DNA of 64,000 bases from a virus. Made by a program: the position numbers and the translations under genes. The notes under the pieces are model-generated. The model was given only the letters and a program-made list of their open reading frames with translations, was not told the DNA's origin and made no database searches. Below are positions 62,782 to 64,000 of this stretch, piece by piece (position 1 is the first letter of the stretch; the number at the start of each line of letters is the position of its first letter). Location of the stretch: the IMG/VR virus record IMGVR_UViG_3300025666_000002, positions 76,788-140,787 of that record. The stretch is one strand, 5' to 3'.

Positions 62782-64000
62782 TTATCCACCAGCTATGTCC
62801 TCAAATACCAAAGTTACAGTGTAACCTTGTGGTGGCTCTCCTTCAACTCCAACTAATTCTATATAGAGGATCGAACCTCCAATATTTGCAGCTGTAGTGA
62901 GAGCCGTTGTATATTGCTGTTGAGGCGGGTGTTGATATGAATGTATCAGCGTCGCGGTGTAGTTGGCCTCAGAGAAAACGTTAAAATCAAAAGGAGCACC
63001 TCCGTCTGAAGCTCCATATGAAACTTCAAGCCCAGTCAATTCTTTAACATTAAAGTATGCAGATGGAATCTGAATAAACTTCTCTTGTATGTTAGTAGTT
63101 GAAAGAGGAGTATTATAGTCAACCGCATGATAAGTTAAGTATGTTGGTCCACCAGAACCTCCTGCTCCAGATGTTCCTGAAGAACCAGATGTACCGCTAA
63201 TACCAGATGAACCCGAAGTTCCGTCCGCACCAGTTACAACCTCAGCTACGTTGTGGATATTAACATAGACTGAACCTGCGTCTGGAATTCCAGAACCAGC
63301 AATGTATTCTAATTGTGTATTAGCGTTATCACTCTGCCAGTAAATTTCAATATAGTCGTTAGCTGCAGCTGATTGGCCGGTAAACCCGAAAGTAAGTACG
63401 CCTTGGTTTGGTTGACCACTGCTCTTTCTTGGTTGAATGGTCATAGAATGTCCACTGTTTGGATAATCTGTGCCATTAAACCTCAACCAAGCTTGTACTT
63501 CTGCTTCTGCGTTATCTGCGTTTGTGATCTGCAAGGTTACGCGCATATCATAAACACCTGCATTAGCGATTACAATTCTATTTTGTGAATTTAGTGATAT
63601 ACCGTTACTGATTGTTGTGTTAGCTATCTCAACAACCTGTGGTGTGTTTACTACCAAAACCGGCTGGTCTGTCAGATCATAGAAAGATCCATAGTAACCG
63701 TTTGATGCAATACCGTTTGTTCCAGATGAACCGCTTGTTCCAGATGAACCGCTTGTTCCTGATGAACCGCTTGTTCCGCTTGTTCCAGATGAACCGCTTG
63801 TTCCAGATGAACCGCTTGTTCCGCTTGTTCCAGATGAACCGCTCGTTCCTGATGAACCGCTCGTTCCGTTTGTTCCTGAAGAACCGCTTGTTCCGCTTGT
63901 TCCAGATGAACCGCTTGTTCCGCTTGTTCCAGATGAACCGCTTGTTCCGCTTGTTCCTGAAGAACCGCTTGTTCCGCTTGTTCCTGAGGAACCGCTTGTT
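62782..64000 (-). CDS. collagen-like (Gly-X-Y) fibre protein, C-terminal part; start lies beyond window
   Basis: frame stays open from 63657 to 64000 through GTS/GSS repeats; GYYGSFYDLTDQ begins a C1q/BclA-like domain. Confidence 0.75.
   Translation of the reverse strand, partial: TSGSSGTSGTSGSSGTSGTSGSSGTSGTSGSSGTSGTSGSSGTNGTSGSSGTSGSSGTSGTSGSSGTSGSSGTSGTSGSSGTSGSSGTSGSSGTNGIASNGYYGSFYDLTDQPVLVVNTPQVVEIANTTISNGISLNSQNRIVIANAGVYDMRVTLQITNADNAEAEVQAWLRFNGTDYPNSGHSMTIQPRKSSGQPNQGVLTFGFTGQSAAANDYIEIYWQSDNANTQLEYIAGSGIPDAGSVYVNIHNVAEVVTGADGTSGSSGISGTSGSSGTSGAGGSGGPTYLTYHAVDYNTPLSTTNIQEKFIQIPSAYFNVKELTGLEVSYGASDGGAPFDFNVFSEANYTATLIHSYQHPPQQQYTTALTTAANIGGSILYIELVGVEGEPPQGYTVTLVFEDIAGG
63716..64000 (-). 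repeat. coding tandem repeat of 9-bp units encoding GTS/GSS
   Basis: ccgcttgtt / ccagatgaa units. Confidence 0.95.

Noticed and set aside
1-64000. Stop-codon reassignment as in some large Bacteroidota phages
   Set aside because: Known enzymes are full length under the standard code and TAA, TAG and TGA all end genes.

Overview
This window is part of a large T4-like (myovirus-type) jumbo phage genome. The host is very probably a Bacteroidota (Flavobacteriia-like) bacterium, judged from a T9SS type-B sorting domain, Bacteroidota-type bS1 and bS21, and TAnnTTTG-like promoter elements. Almost all genes are on the minus strand. 1-12.4 kb is a baseplate/neck module with an amidoligase and ribosomal protein S1 embedded in it. 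12.4-54.5 kb holds accessory genes: DinG helicase, dCMP deaminase, UvsE, a TROVE-like/vWA (DUF2828) protein, RNA ligase, CCA enzyme, split PNK/phosphatase, RNase HII, PhoH, bS21, DnaJ, Hsp20, GT25-lysyl-hydroxylase fusion, M42 peptidase, LOG, GH16 and ThyA. 54.5-60.8 kb is a divergent early-gene island with GC-rich non-coding flanks. The window ends inside a Gly-X-Y repeat fibre gene. Best candidates for new biology: (1) two tandem, stem-closed ncRNAs sharing an ACAGCAAAC motif directly behind the Ro60-like gene, at the edge of an RNA-repair cluster; (2) about 12 unrelated proteins, including a CCA enzyme, an ATP-grasp ligase and protease/ART-like enzymes, carrying a T4-like capsid-targeting N-terminal tag; (3) an unannotated 39-aa, 13-Cys metallothionein-like gene; (4) a stand-alone secreted T9SS sorting domain; (5) three promoter classes, several fused with terminator hairpins. 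All family assignments are from motif recognition by eye, not database searches.
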